From NCBI RefSeq assembly GCF_018350175.1, contig NC_058368.1:219730001-219794000 (forward strand): a stretch of DNA of 64,000 nt. Direction: 5' to 3'. The notes under the pieces were generated by a model. It made no database searches and was not told the origin of the DNA. It saw only the letters and a program-made list of their open reading frames with translations. The translations under genes and the position numbers were made by a program. The stretch is from Felis catus. Lineage: Eukaryota. Shown piece after piece: positions 23,600 through 36,339 of the stretch (position 1 is its first letter; every line of letters begins with the position of its first letter).

Positions 23600-23845
23600 T
23601 AGGCAGGTAGAAGGAAACAAATAACATAGTAAGTAGAAAAGAAGCAACAAGATGGTAGAAACAAATCCCAAATATCAGTAACTCAAATAAATACAAAGCT
23701 TTAAAGTAAATGGTTAAAAGTAGAGAAACTATAATTGTTTATTTAAAAATAATTCATCATTATGTTATTTCTACAGGCATTTTTAAAAATAAAAGACATG
23801 GAAGCTTTAACAATAAAATTATAGAAATGTATGAGTCAAATAAGG
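23600..23845 (+). mobile_element. Ancient L1M fragment (start of ORF2)
   Basis: aagatggtagaaacaaatcccaaatatcagtaactcaaataaat...tatgttatttctacagg resembles old L1 endonuclease-region consensus. Confidence 0.5.
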
Positions 23846-23889
23846 AAAAGAATAACCTGCAAAAGTGAGCTTGTAATGTAATAATTGTC

Positions 23890-24200
23890 CAAGTTCAACA
23901 TGTATACTGAAACATGTGCAAATCAAAAGTATGTTGCTTGCCACATTTCCATGAAAAGAAGAAACAGACCCACAAATTTCCCCTCATAAGAATTTCCAGC
24001 TACTCTCTTTCTCCAAAGACAACTATTACTTAGGCTTCCAAAACAATGGATTAATTTTGCCTATTTTTAACTGCTTATAAATGGAGTCACATAGATTGCG
24101 CCATTTTGTGTCTGATTTTATTGCTACAATTTTTGTTTTCAACATTTACCCGTTTTTTCATATAATTGTAGTTCATTCTCATAATTCTCTCATGTTCCAC
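23890..24200 (-). mobile_element. Old L1M 3' end (continues at 28721)
   Basis: ttaattttgcctatttttaactgcttataaatggagtcacatag...ttttgtgtctg...gtagttcattctcat. Confidence 0.75.
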
Positions 24201-24748
24201 TGAATTAGTTGTCCATTGCTGTAAAATAAATTGCCACAAAACGTCAAGGCTTAAAGAAACAAATGATTATGATAGTACACTTTCTGTGGGTCAGAAATCC
24301 AGGCAGAATTTAGTTGAGTAACTCTGGCTCAAGGTCTGCCACGAGGCTGCAGGCAAGATATGAGCCAGGGTGACAGTCAATTCAAAACTTTAAAGGAGAA
24401 AAATATGATTCTGAGTTAACTCACTTGATCCACTCTGGATGTTGGGCACTTGGTCCACTCTGGATGTTGGGCATCAGTTCCTTGCCTTGTAAGTCCCTTC
24501 ATGGGGCAAGTCACAGTATGGCATCTGGGTTCCTTCAGTGTGAATGGGGAAGTGAGAGAATACCTAAAACAGAAGCCATAGTCTCAACGTTATCAAAGCT
24601 CAAAAGTGAACTCTATCACTTTTCCTGTATCCCACTGGTTAGAAGTGAGTCATTAGTTCCAGCACAAGCTCAAAGAAATGTGGTTACACAGAATATAAAT
24701 ACATTTAGTCAGGAATTATCTGGACTCTCTTAGTGGCTGCCTACTATA
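24201..24748 (-). mobile_element. MaLR solo LTR (MLT1F-like)
   Basis: tgaattagttgtccattgctgtaaaataaattgccacaaa start, ttctgtgggtcagaaatcc, ttagaagtgagtcattag, terminal ggctgcctactata. 5-bp TSD tccac/tccat once the ERV is removed. Confidence 0.88.
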
Positions 24749-24750
24749 TC

Positions 24751-25275
24751 TGTTCTGAACTCAAACTTGTCGGTGAAGCCAATGCGCAGAGTAAGCCAAT
24801 GTCTGAGACATCGGTTTTGAAGCAAAGAAAGCTTATGAGAAGGGCAGCCCAAAGAGAAGACAGGAAATCATTCCTAAAGTTGCCCTGTTGAGCTTAGGGG
24901 TAGTTTATATACAAGAGAGGAGGGTAAAGAGTTTCTTGAAACCTTGGAGGGGGGCGGGGGGAGGGCCTTGAAATAATCTGAAGGTAAACGTTGTCCCAAA
25001 CAAGGAGGCACTATTTGGGACCTGGTATGATCAGATACATCAAGGCAAATGTTACTATCTAGTCCGCATTAGGTTTCTACAATCAGTGGATGAAGAGGCA
25101 GTAGGGGTAAAAAGGCAAAGTTAATGACTGATTGAGCGTGAAGTTAAGAGGTGCATAACCCATAATTAAGTAGGGAACAAAACAGAACATGCAGCTAAGT
25201 TAACAGCACAGCTGATACAATGATAGTTTTGCCTATTCTTTCAAACCAGGTCCAGGAACCAAGCTTCCAGTCTCA
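24751..25275 (-). mobile_element. 3' LTR of the ERV1 provirus
   Basis: Aligns with 28201-28716 (e.g. agtaagccaatgtctgagacat, caggtccaggaaccaagc). Confidence 0.92.
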
Positions 25276-28170
25276 AAACCCCACTTTTATTTTATAATTC
25301 CTCAGCCTCGGGGAATAGGACTATGAGAGCTCTAGCTGCTTTCTGCTGCTTCCTATTCTTGAGTGCCTGGGTACACGGTGTGGATCTTCTTTTTGAATGT
25401 CACTGTTTCTCTAGGCTTTCCTAGGTGGCAGATCTAAGAGTGGCCAGCCATCTCATTTCTTTTTGTTTCTCAGTTCTCTGGAATCGATGCCAGTTATTAT
25501 AAATCTTGAAAGCAATTCATCAATACCCAAGTAGCCTTCTCAAAGCTCCCTTCTTTTTGTAATTTTCTTCAAATAACTGGGGTGTGCTGGCTAATAAAAG
25601 TCACACTTATCATTTTTATATTTTTATGGGCTTCTTGATCAATAGCAGTATATCAATGATCTGCTTGATAGATTCACTCAAGAAAAGATGAGAGGTCTTC
25701 TTGAGGCAGCTGATTAATTTGGTGAACCTTATTTAGATTCTTTTGTTTAGGTATCCCTGTTTTTAATCCCACCAGGATAATTCTCAGTGTTTTTGAAGTC
25801 TGGGGAATCCTCCCTCATTCATATCCTAATTGAGGCCACAGGTTGACATTGCCTCTGGTGCCTCTGGCCTCAGGATCCTTTGGACCTAGTAGATGAAGCG
25901 GATGGGCTTCTTCTCTAGCTTTGTCTGAAGTCATTCAGTAGTCTTCAGCCACAGAGAAGCATTTCTGTGGAAACAAAAGAAAAACCACAAGTTCATGGTT
26001 GGAGTAGATTATAAACCCGTTGTCTAAGTCCCAAGTATTGCCAATGAAACGGTTTTTAGATGTTTTGCTCAAAGCATCCTCAGAGTACTAGGGCCAGGCA
26101 GTGGCAATCTGACACATTTTTCTGGCCCGTAGTTTGAAAGTCTCTGGTGACTGATTTCTCTGAAGGAAATTGTTCACCTTTAGTTGATTAGGTTTCAGGA
26201 AATGGATAGTCTTTTTTCCTAATTGTTTCAACATAAAAGAATGGGAGAAAATGGGAAACCTTAGTTTGTGGCATCATAGCCAGATATTGGAAGAAACTGA
26301 AAGAATTTAGGATCCAGCCGAGTTTTATATACAAACAACAATCATTTAAATGTAATGAACTAGAATTAGAATTAGAATTTATCATCCACAAAGGTGTAAT
26401 TGAAACATAGTTTTTCTCTCCAACCTCACCCTCATTTTTATCAAAGATGGCCAAATTAAGACTAAAGCATTTGCAAAATAAATTCAGTTTTAACAAACTT
26501 AGCCTAATTATTTACATAAGTGCAGTGAAAATAATGATTGGCCATATAGGTTCTTCTAAATCTGCTTTGCTGTAACTTTTCATAAGGAATTTCAGATGGA
26601 ACTTTTAATAGTAGTTCAAGGTCAGAAGCCAACCAAATACTCGCCATCAGATATTCCCTCAGTACCTGGAGATTTGGGTTATCTCTTCTCTTCTTGAGTT
26701 CCCCCAAATCTTCTGAGGTCCTGTATCTGCCAGGAAGTGAGATTCTTTACTTATCTGGTAAGTGAAGCAAGGTATCAGCATTTCCAAGGGGCTTCATTGG
26801 GTCTATAAAAAGTCAACTTTAGTTCCTTAAAGCTGTCTGGTTATATCTAAGTCTATGTATGTGTCTCTCAAATAAGACATTCTGGTTTTTTACTATTTTA
26901 TTAGTAAAATAACCAATGTTTCCAGTGATTTCCTGTTACAAGGAAAACAGATTCTTATTGAACTTATGTAAATAATGATAATTGTCATAAAAGAAAGAAT
27001 ACTCACTGAGAATTTTTGAATTCTAGAGGGTTTGGCTAGAGAAAAAGAGAAATGTTTCATTTTGTCCACAAAGGAATATTTAATCAAATTTTATAAGTCA
27101 TAGATATTTTAATAGAGAAATTTTCCTGAAATCTGGAAAAGCAAAAATGTGAGGACCAGCAATGTTTCAAACAAGAGTCATAAAAACTATAATGACTCCA
27201 GAAAACATGCCTATTTTAAGTAAGCTAACAAACTCAAACTTTAATTTATCAGAGATTATCCCAGATCATATGAATCTGAGAAGCATTTGAATTAGATTCT
27301 CTCTTTGAGTGTTATAAAGCCCAATTCTTGTAAGAGCTGGTCATCAACTACATCCAGCTCTTTTATATTTAATTTAGTAATACTAAGGGGAGGTAGCATC
27401 AGATATAGATAAACACAAATGATAACTTTACCAGTAAGATTCGTATTTGTCTTTGACAAGTAACCTTATGGAAGCTGCGGGCCAGACTCTGAGCAAGGGT
27501 GGATTTTTTTTTCAGCTATTTTTATTTTAGGCCTCTCCCGCCCCCCCCACCCCACTTTTCTCAGAGAGACTGAAGGATTTTGAATTCTTTCTGGGATAGT
27601 ATTTCCAGTTTTGCAAATAAATAAATAAATAAATAAATAAAAATAAAAACATAAATAAAAATAAAAACAAAACAAAAAACAAAACAAAAAAACAGTTCCA
27701 GATGTATCATGGCCAAGCTACATTACTAAGATATCATTTTTCAAAGACCAGTGTTGCCTAATGCAACCCAAAGGGCTATATTTTGGGATGAATTGGTGTT
27801 TCCCATGAAAAAGATAAGATACATTGACAAGATGGGACTAACAATGTAAGTGAAAAACAAAGGCAAATGATAGACTAGCAAAGCAAATTAAGGGTGGTCT
27901 TACCATCATTCCAACTCTCAAAATGTGAGGTTCCGTCTTTAAACATCTTATTAGGAAAGATTCCTAAAAAGAACCAAAAACAAATGAGAGGAGATGCAGT
28001 CATTGTGCACATCAGGAACCCACATTTCAGCAGCAAAAGTTCTTTGCTTCAGTTGAGGCTTGGCATATAGAAGTGGCTGGGGTTGGTTGGGAAGGTATCG
28101 GGGCATTTCCCTGGATTCAACGGTGTTCCAAGCAGCAATGGGAAATTCCCCTTTAAGTCACCACCCCATC

Positions 28171-28188
28171 CTCCAGGCTGGTTCGCCA
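28171..28188 (-). promoter_or_regulatory. Retroviral primer-binding site complementary to tRNA-Arg(ACG)
   Basis: Plus strand ctccaggctggttcgcca matches the tRNA-Arg(ACG) 3' end CTCCTGGCTGGCTCGCCA at 16/18. Confidence 0.85.
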
Positions 28189-28200
28189 AAGCCACATTTG

Positions 28201-28716
28201 TGTTAACAAACTCAAACTCGTCCATGCCCCTGATGCACGTAGTAAGCCAATGTCTGAGACATTAGTTCAGAAGCAAAGAAAGCTTTACTATCAAAAGGGC
28301 AGCCCAATGAGAAGGCAAGGGATCATTCCCAAAGCTGCCTTTCCCAGTTGAGCCTAGGGGAAGCTTATATACATGAAAGGATGGTAGGGGTTTCTTGATA
28401 CATTAAAGAGGTATGGGCTTGCAATAATCTGGAGGTAAGCATTCTCCTAGACAATGAGGCACAATTTGGGACATGGTATGATCAGATAGTCAAGATAAAT
28501 ATTACCATCTGGTCCCCATTAAGTTTCCACAGTCCATGAATAAACAGGCAGTAGGGATAAAAAGGTGAAGTTAATTGAGCATGAGGTTAAGAAGTGCATA
28601 AAACATAATTAAGTAGAGAGCAAAATGGAACGTGGAGCTAAGTTAATAATGGAACTAATGCAATGATATCTACTTATGCTTCCAAAACAGGTCCAGGAAC
28701 CAAGCGTTCAGCCTCA
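28201..28716 (-). mobile_element. 5' LTR of the ERV1 provirus
   Basis: Adjacent to the PBS; direct repeat of 24751-25275. Confidence 0.92.
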
Positions 28717-28720
28717 TATC

Positions 28721-29600
28721 CATTGTGGATATATCACTTATATATTTATGGAAACATTTACTTATCCGTTCTAAAGTAGATGCATAACGGGGTTGTTTGA
28801 AATTTTAGTGATTACAGAGGGGCTTCTAGGAAAGATCTCATACATTTTTTTTGAGGAAAAATGTTCATGGTTTTCTCAAGTTTATACCTAAAAGTGAAAT
28901 TGTTGGACTATAGGGTTGATGTATAGCCAGCTTCATTAGATACTTCCAGTTATCCAAAGAAGTTGCAAAAATTCAAATTCCACCAGCAGAGGATAAAATA
29001 AAATTTAATAATTTTCTTACACTCTAACATCTCTACTATTTCCTTTATTTTAGTGCCTTATATGTCATAAAAATCTTTAATCAAGACCCCAAAGATATTC
29101 TTTTATGTTATCTTTTATAATTTTTGTTATTTACATATCATGCTTTGATTTGATTACATTGACAATATATTTTTGCATATATTGTGAGTTAGAAGTCAAG
29201 ATATGTGTGTGTGTCTGTGTGTATATATGTGTATATATGTGTGTGTGTGTATACATATATGTATATGTATATACATATACATATACATATATGTATACAT
29301 ATATTTCCATTTGGATAGCCAGTTGGTCCACCGACATTTAGGAAATGACCATCATTTCTGCTGCAGGACATGTAAACAAATGGCACTATTCCTGGACTGT
29401 ACTCTGTTCCATTTGTCTATTTTTTTATCTTTGATTCATTATCACGCTGGTTTAGCTGTTATAGCTCTATGATAATTATATCCAGAAACATATGTCCTCT
29501 GTACTTTTTTTTCAAGATTTCTTCAGTTATTTTTGTCCTTTGTATTTCCAAAAATATTAAAAGTGACTTGTCAGTTTGTCTCAAATGTCATTTTTTAAAT
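28721..29600 (-). mobile_element. Old L1M fragment (continuation of 23890-24200)
   Basis: cattgtggatatatcact...gtttatacctaaaagtgaaattgttggactatagg...ttccaccagcag...actctgttccatttgtctat. Confidence 0.75.
29202..29303. repeat. Imperfect (TG)/(TA) microsatellite
   Basis: Directly visible. Confidence 0.95.
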
Positions 29601-29989
29601 TAATTCTCCTGGTAATTACCTAAGTGTCTCTGATGTTGCCTTTCCTTTATTGTCATTCTCTATGCTGTAGTTTTCATTTCAGTGATTTTTAGTCTTTCTA
29701 TTTTTCAAAGGTGCTGATCACAGGTGATTCTCTATCTACACTTTGTCACTCTGATGGCAACTTTTGCTGATAATCATGGTTGCTATGGACTTGATCATTT
29801 TCAACTTGATCATATATATATATACATATATTGTCAACTCTTTTATGAGATTTACAGAGAAGAAGAGCTAGTCATGAGTAGTGCATTTCCTATCATTATC
29901 AAGAAAAAGAAAAGCATCCATGACATCCAGGAACTGACCTGGTAGTTTTAGTTAGAGGTTGGCATTGCTACGAGCTGGTTTGGCACTCA

Positions 29990-30514
29990 CAGTGAGGTTT
30001 TGGAATTTTCCTGTTGAACATAAGCAATCTCACAGAATGTCAAAACTAGGCAAGGAGACTCTGATCATGATGGACAGAGACAAAACCAGCACCACTACCT
30101 AGTTATGTCTGAATACAGAGGAACCATGACCATTGTTCAAGACATAAAACACCAAAATTCCCTTTCACTCCTCTACATGAGTGTTGTCGCATCCTTACCA
30201 ATTAGAGCTGTGTCTCAGTCTTGTCTTTCTACTTTCTAAGTCAGACTTATTAGAATACTCAATCATAGAATTATCCCCATATCCTGACACCATACAATTC
30301 AGAGTGAAGTCCCACTCCATTAAACCCTCCCCACAATCACCTACACTAGCCCACATCCTATAAAACTTCACTTATAATATATCATTTCTGATACTCATTT
30401 AATGAAACACCCCACAATTTCCCATTGCGTGGTATCTCCCTTCAGGCAACAAGAAATAATTCAACTTGTTCAACTATAGTGTTCCTGGTTGTCTTTGGCC
30501 GGAGGGCAGTGAGA
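29990..30514 (+). mobile_element. ERV1 solo LTR (MER90/MER110-like)
   Basis: caatctcacagaatgtcaaaactaggcaagg...atgatggacagagacaaaacc...atgtctgaatacag, TATA-like ctataaaa near 30359, terminal gtctttggccggagggcagtgaga. Confidence 0.75.
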
Positions 30515-31499
30515 TTAACCAATATGAAAATCATTTATAGGATACATTTCCATGATGGATTTCTTCACAGATACAAGAAAAACAAACTTACAAGAGGAAG
30601 TAATTTGTTTTGAAATTGAGAATTTATTTATAATTTTAATTACATATTAATTAAACAAAGTAGGCTGTTTATATTTGCACACTTTAAAGTAATATTTACA
30701 TCATTTTTTATTGTTTCAAAGATTTAAGTGAATCAATGTGTAATGAAAATTTTTTTCTGAACACTAGTGATGAAAATATTAATGTGCTGAATAAATAAAG
30801 GAATAAACATTTCCTCAGGTTTTGTTTGTTTAATAAATCTACCTGTCTCTACCATGTTCAAATTTCTAATCACATGCAAATATTCACCTTTGAATATCTG
30901 CTACCCTATGTCTCTAGAATAGATTATTTTATAAGGAACTAAGAAAATGCAAACATTTGATCGCAAATAAAATGCAGTATCTTTAAAAGTTGACTTTATG
31001 AGCATTATCTAATATATGCATGCTCTCACATTAATATATTATTTTTTCAACACAAACAGTTTTCATGGGATTTATGTGCATTATACTATTTATGAAGTTT
31101 AATATGATTCAACATAATAAAGGCATTTGCATTTCAACAGGATCCTTCAGTAGATTTTGTGCCAAGAAGCTTACATTGCTTTATAATTCATTTGCTTCGT
31201 AGCAGTCTCTGGACAGGATATTTCATGACCTGGCCTTATTACTTGGCGACATTGAACTCTCTCAGATGCTAAACACTTAAAGAATAAAAAGCCAACTGTC
31301 TTTATGATAGAAAGTATCTGTATACTTCTCACTCGCTTAGTTATATAAATTTCTTTACATCCTTTTGTCATACGACAAACACAAAGCTCTGTTCTTTTGT
31401 CCTCACCACCCTGTGAAATTATTGTTCTAAATGCCCTTGAATTCTGTGGCATAGACAAAAATCTTGATTTTTTTAACATAAATTCACTGTAATTGCTTA

Positions 31500-32230
31500 T
31501 TTCCTTCTCACTCAGCTACAAACTATGTAAGTTGAAATTTCTTGTTCCAAGATCACTAACCACACCATTGTTTCCATTTGATTTGACGTCTCTACAGATT
31601 TTGATATTATAGATAATCCTCCATGTAATAACGCATGTTCTCTTGTTTCTATGACTCAGCTTTTGTCTTTCTTTTTTTCTTGAGTGTTTTTGCCCTTATT
31701 TCTCCTCTGTTGGATAATCCCCTTTTACTGTCTCATTAATGGTAAAGTTTCAAAATCTGTGATTATCGCCTCTTTCCTCTTCACACCTCCCTCTAATTGG
31801 CATTCACTATTTCATGGCTTTAAAACCATCTGTCTTTGGATGACTGCTAACTATACAGCTCTATTGCACACTTCATCTTGGAAATTCTGGATCAGACATT
31901 CAACTCTCTCATTAGCAACTCCACCTAACTAGTGCAAACTTTTCTTATCGAACATACCAACCGTGAACTCTTGAATTTCTCCTAAAATATTCTCTTTCCT
32001 AGTGTTCTCCATTTTTCATGTCTAGAGGGCACCACCTATATGATGTACCTCTGTTTTTATTCATCGTGTCTACGAAACCATCATATCCTCCCGATCTTGC
32101 ATCCAAAACATCACAAGTATGCCTTTCTCTCTCTATTTCCTTGGCCCAAATCTCAGAATAGCATCAATGCGTGGTGCACCTAAGCTGCTGCAATACTTCC
32201 TAACACTTTCCTATTACTTCCCTCACCACC
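31500..32230 (+). mobile_element. LINE-2 fragment
   Basis: ccaagatcactaacc, ttcatggctttaaaaccatctgtctttggatgactgc, pyrimidine-rich L2 3' region. Confidence 0.6.
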
Positions 32231-33806
32231 TGCAGTGGGTCCTGCTGCTTTTAGTCTCAGAATCCATTTCTTTATTACTTTTTTCTAAAAAAAAATGGGA
32301 CTTCAAATTAGAGGGATTAATGTTCATGTCATTTAGGGAGGAGGTGGACTTGGCTTAGTAAAAAGTAGTACATCACACTGCCATAGGGTAGGGTTTGTTG
32401 AAAGGATCAGTCAATGAGAGGAACTGAGCAAATGAGAGCCAACAAGATACCACGCAGGGCATATGTTCAAGCTGTAGAGGAATAGGATGCTTTTTCTGCA
32501 GAATGTTCTTCTATTCTTATTTTTATAGAACTTATTCTTGTGCCACCTAGAAAGCAGAGTGGTCTTTATAAAGTGAAAGAGAAGTCTAGCATTGGGATCC
32601 TTAGAAGTCTTTAGTTCCCTCCTAATAGACCGAGAATAAAATGGAAGCCCTTTGCTTTAGCTTAAAAGGCCACGAGGTCCAGCACAAGTCAGTACAGAAC
32701 TGCTAACTGAAGCCAGTATTAAATGGGTTTTGCTAAAGGAAGCATGATTTGCATACAACAAAAATTCTCACAATTCTTAAGGTTAAAAATGTGGACATGG
32801 GAAGAAGAACATTCAGTACATCATACCTTTCATCCCTGACAAAATCCCATCGCAATGACAGAAAAAGTAACAAATAAACAAATGACCTCATACCAGCCAG
32901 GCTTACTGAGAAGGATGCCATAATAGACCGGAAACATTAAAATATTTCTGGAATTTATAAAAGGAATGACTTTGATTGTTGAAAAAACAAAACTGAGGAA
33001 ACCGGAGCTTAGTATAGGTAAATGAGTGAATATCTGACAAGTGTATTTGCTTTTTTTTAGAAACACAGAAAAAAAAAATCCAAAGACCAGAAATAGAAGG
33101 AACTTTGGTTCAAGGTAAATAGTAGGAAAACTGGGGAAATGATTAGCAGCAGGAATATAGACCAATGACCTATCCTTAGCTGGCAGTTGGATGACTGCAA
33201 CTCTTTCCTTTTGAATAAAATCCAACAATTAGAAAGAAGAGCTTTATTTACTAAAAGCTATAGGGACAGTTTGCTGTAGGGAGACCCCAACTTTACACAT
33301 TTTTCTATGAAACAAAAAAACTGGAACAATGTCATGTATAATGTTATGTGGCCCTGTAATGGACAGAGTTCTTCTAAACTTGGAAGTAACCTCTCTAAAA
33401 TGGAGCATTAGCTTGGCTATGAATCTTCCAACACTCACCGTGACCAGGACACCTATAGTCATTTCCTGGGTTCACTCTGGAGGAGAGTAATTTTACATGA
33501 GTGGACAAATTAGTTCAGGCAACAGATATTTAACAATTTTGAATATATTTTATGAATTTAGGTAAATCAGTCTAGATTCACCAAATGTTTGAGAAAAATT
33601 ACTATGGTAGATAGGCATCAAACTGGAATAAAATTCACAAAACAAACACACAAATAAATAGGGGTACCAATCTTTAAGAAGTACTATTTAAAATGAAAGG
33701 GAAGCTATATATGGAGGGAACAATCTAACTTGATTTCATAAGCATATTTTGTCAAATGTCACACATATGTGAGAACAATTGAATAAGGAAATAAGACACA
33801 AGAATT

Positions 33807-33834
33807 AAAAAAAAATGTTTAATGTTTAATTTTG

Positions 33835-33876
<42 letters not shown>

Positions 33877-34033
33877 TGGGGGAGGAGCAGAGAGATGGAG
33901 ACAGAATCTAAAGCAGGCTCCAGGCTCTGAGCTGTCAGCACAGAGCCCGCCCTGGGGCTCAAACTCACGGACCGTGAGATCATGACCTGAACTGAAGTCA
34001 GATGCTTAACCGACTGAGCCACCCAGGAGCCCC
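33807..34033 (-). mobile_element. Can-SINE (SINEC_Fc)
   Basis: TSD gacacaagaatt (33795-33806 / 34036-34047). Confidence 0.95.
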
Positions 34034-34419
34034 AGGACACAAGAATTTTTAATAATTAAAAATAAGGTTGCCAAAATATAAGTAAGTATATATCAACAGA
34101 AAGATTCATGATAAGGCTGAAGATTAGATTGGTTATACGCAAAAGTGAGATAAGATATTCCTCCACAAATAAAATTTAAAAATTTACTCTGCTTGTGTTT
34201 CATTTCAACCTTGCTTCCTTCTTTTAGAATCTGATATTCAGGCACAATTTTGCTCTCTGCGTTGGTAAACAAATCTTTGATTTTTGTCTTGGATTTACTC
34301 TTTCTATTTTTACTTACTCTTTCTGGATGATTTGCTACCTAAATCCAACTCATTGGGACCCAACACTAAAACATATGCATTTCATGGTACTTTATATCCG
34401 TTAGAAACCCTTTTTAGTG

Positions 34420-34885
34420 AAAGAATCAGTCAACCTGTCATCTGGCAATACGTGGGCTCAAGGTCTGCAGGGTAACAACATCAAGAGCTCAAAATCTATC
34501 TGCTTGCTCTCTTGTCTTCTGTCTTGGCACTCATTTCTCCTGTTCATTGCTTGTGTTGATAAGCAACAGTTGCTATAGACCCAGCACTATTGTTGCATTC
34601 ATGACAGAAGGAGAGAAACGCAGTGGCGAATGTGAACCCTTCTGTCACACACGTCTCTTTTCTAACGGAGAACTTCCCTGTAAGCTTCTAGAAGAGTGTC
34701 TCTGTTATTTCATAGGCATATGCCTGCCACCACCATAGGAGTTAGTACCTTCTTTCTTGAAATCAAGTTATATTCATCCAGTACTTGAAAACATTTCAGT
34801 TTTCTAGGAGGTGAGAGATTGTTTATGGTTTGATTAAGCATGGTCAAAAGATCATAACAGAAGTTCCCTGGTAGGAAGAAGTAAA
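34420..34885 (-). mobile_element. Old MaLR LTR remnant (MLT1J/L-like)
   Basis: caacatcaagagctcaaaatct..., gcattcatgacagaagg, tgtctctgttatttcataggc...tgcc. Very diverged. Confidence 0.4.
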
Positions 34886-35009
34886 ACAACAATAAGGGTA
34901 TATGAAATCTTTGTGAAAGTCTTGGCTATGAAATAGAGGAATGCAGTTTGGTGGAAGTTGAAGAGATGGTATAAAAACACTATGTGTATATAAGCAACTC
35001 TTCATATCT

Positions 35010-35019
35010 ACACACACAT

Positions 35020-35054
<35 letters not shown>

Positions 35055-35055
35055 T
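35010..35055. repeat. (CA)n microsatellite
   Basis: Directly visible. Confidence 0.95.
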
Positions 35056-36132
35056 AATTACTGCTATTTGGTTTTTGTTAATGGGATGACCTTGAGCATG
35101 GATAAGAAGCTGGATTTAGTCACTTCCTTCCATTTCCACACCTATGGACACAGTTTCTGTTTTGATTCCTCATCAGGAAAATGACAACACACAGAATCTA
35201 TTTAATCCAGGAAAAAGCCAAAAAAAAACCCCACAAAAAACAAAAAACAAAACCAATTCCCACAAAAGCATTAGTAAACACTCCATATTTCACAGAAGGT
35301 TTTGTAGGCTATATGGAGGAGGAATTTTACATCATATATCCACAACAAATAATTTAAAATCCCCTTTGGCATTTTTTCTTATTCCATTGTCCCCCCAGTT
35401 ATGATAAAATTATATCTTGATTTGCCTGAACAGTCCTAATTTGCTCTAGTTTTTAGAATAATTATTGACAGTATCCTGTTCTTTTCGAGTCCTAGTTTAC
35501 CTATGAAATTATATGTTTACTCTATTACACCTGGGTCAAATAAATAACTAGTCATCAGTCAGGAGGGAGATTATAGGAGGTGATTCTTTCCTTAAACTCA
35601 TCTTAATGGCATTTCCTTTCTCCCCCAACCCCAACTCAATATTTTAAAATTTTCATATCTTTATTTACACATGATCTCTTTTTTTTTTTTTTAGCTAAGC
35701 CTTGAGTTTGGCCAATGCTCATTTCATAGGCATCATGTTCAACCACAAAAACTTATTAAAATCTATTTCCAGCATGAACACCATGGGGATTTTCATACCT
35801 CTTGCTAAAATATCACAAAATCTCTCCAAACATAAAAAGGAGGAAAAGAGAGAGAAAGAGAGAGAGAGAAACCGATATGTTATATCTATATGGATTTCCT
35901 CAATACACATCATTTCATAAGGCATTTAAGTTACTTCAAAATATGTTTTTAATGGATGTATTGTTCATTTTTGCATGTTTTAGCCAGGATTCCTGCATTA
36001 CCATCATTTTCAGCCTCCTCTTTAGTAGAAATTTATCTTTAACAAAGATTTTAAATCTTTATTAAGCCTAAACACAAGGATTTTCTGCAAATAACATAAA
36101 TTTATGTATTTTCAAGTCACACTTCATATTTA

Positions 36133-36339
36133 TTTTTTAACGTTTATTTATTTTTGAGACAGAGAGAGACAGAGCATGAACGGAGGAGGGTCAGAGAGAG
36201 GGAGACACAGAATCTGAAACAGGCTCCAGGCTCTGAGCTGTCAGTACAGAGCCCGACGCGGGGTTCGAACTCACAGACCGCGAAATCATGGCCTGAGCCA
36301 AAGTCCGCCGCTTAACCGACTGAGCCACCCAGGCGCCCC
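36133..36339 (-). mobile_element. Young Can-SINE (SINEC_Fc)
   Basis: CpG-rich near-consensus copy; perfect 15-bp TSD cacacttcatattta (36118-36132 / 36342-36356). Confidence 0.97.

Larger units (their letters stand above)
24751..28716 (-). mobile_element. Two-LTR ERV1-class provirus with non-coding (MER4-group-like) internal region
   Basis: Direct repeats 24751-25275 and 28201-28716 with TG...CA ends, 4-bp TSD tatc (24747-24750 / 28717-28720), PBS at 28171-28188, PPT-like aaaagtggggttt next to the 3' LTR. No gag/pol/env ORF in the track. Confidence 0.92.

Noticed and set aside
31175..31268. Possible 94-nt minus-strand exon (TTTAG ... GTAAGC)
   Set aside because: Moderate splice signals only, unrecognised peptide and no partner exons; expected by chance in 64 kb. 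A non-coding exon cannot be excluded.
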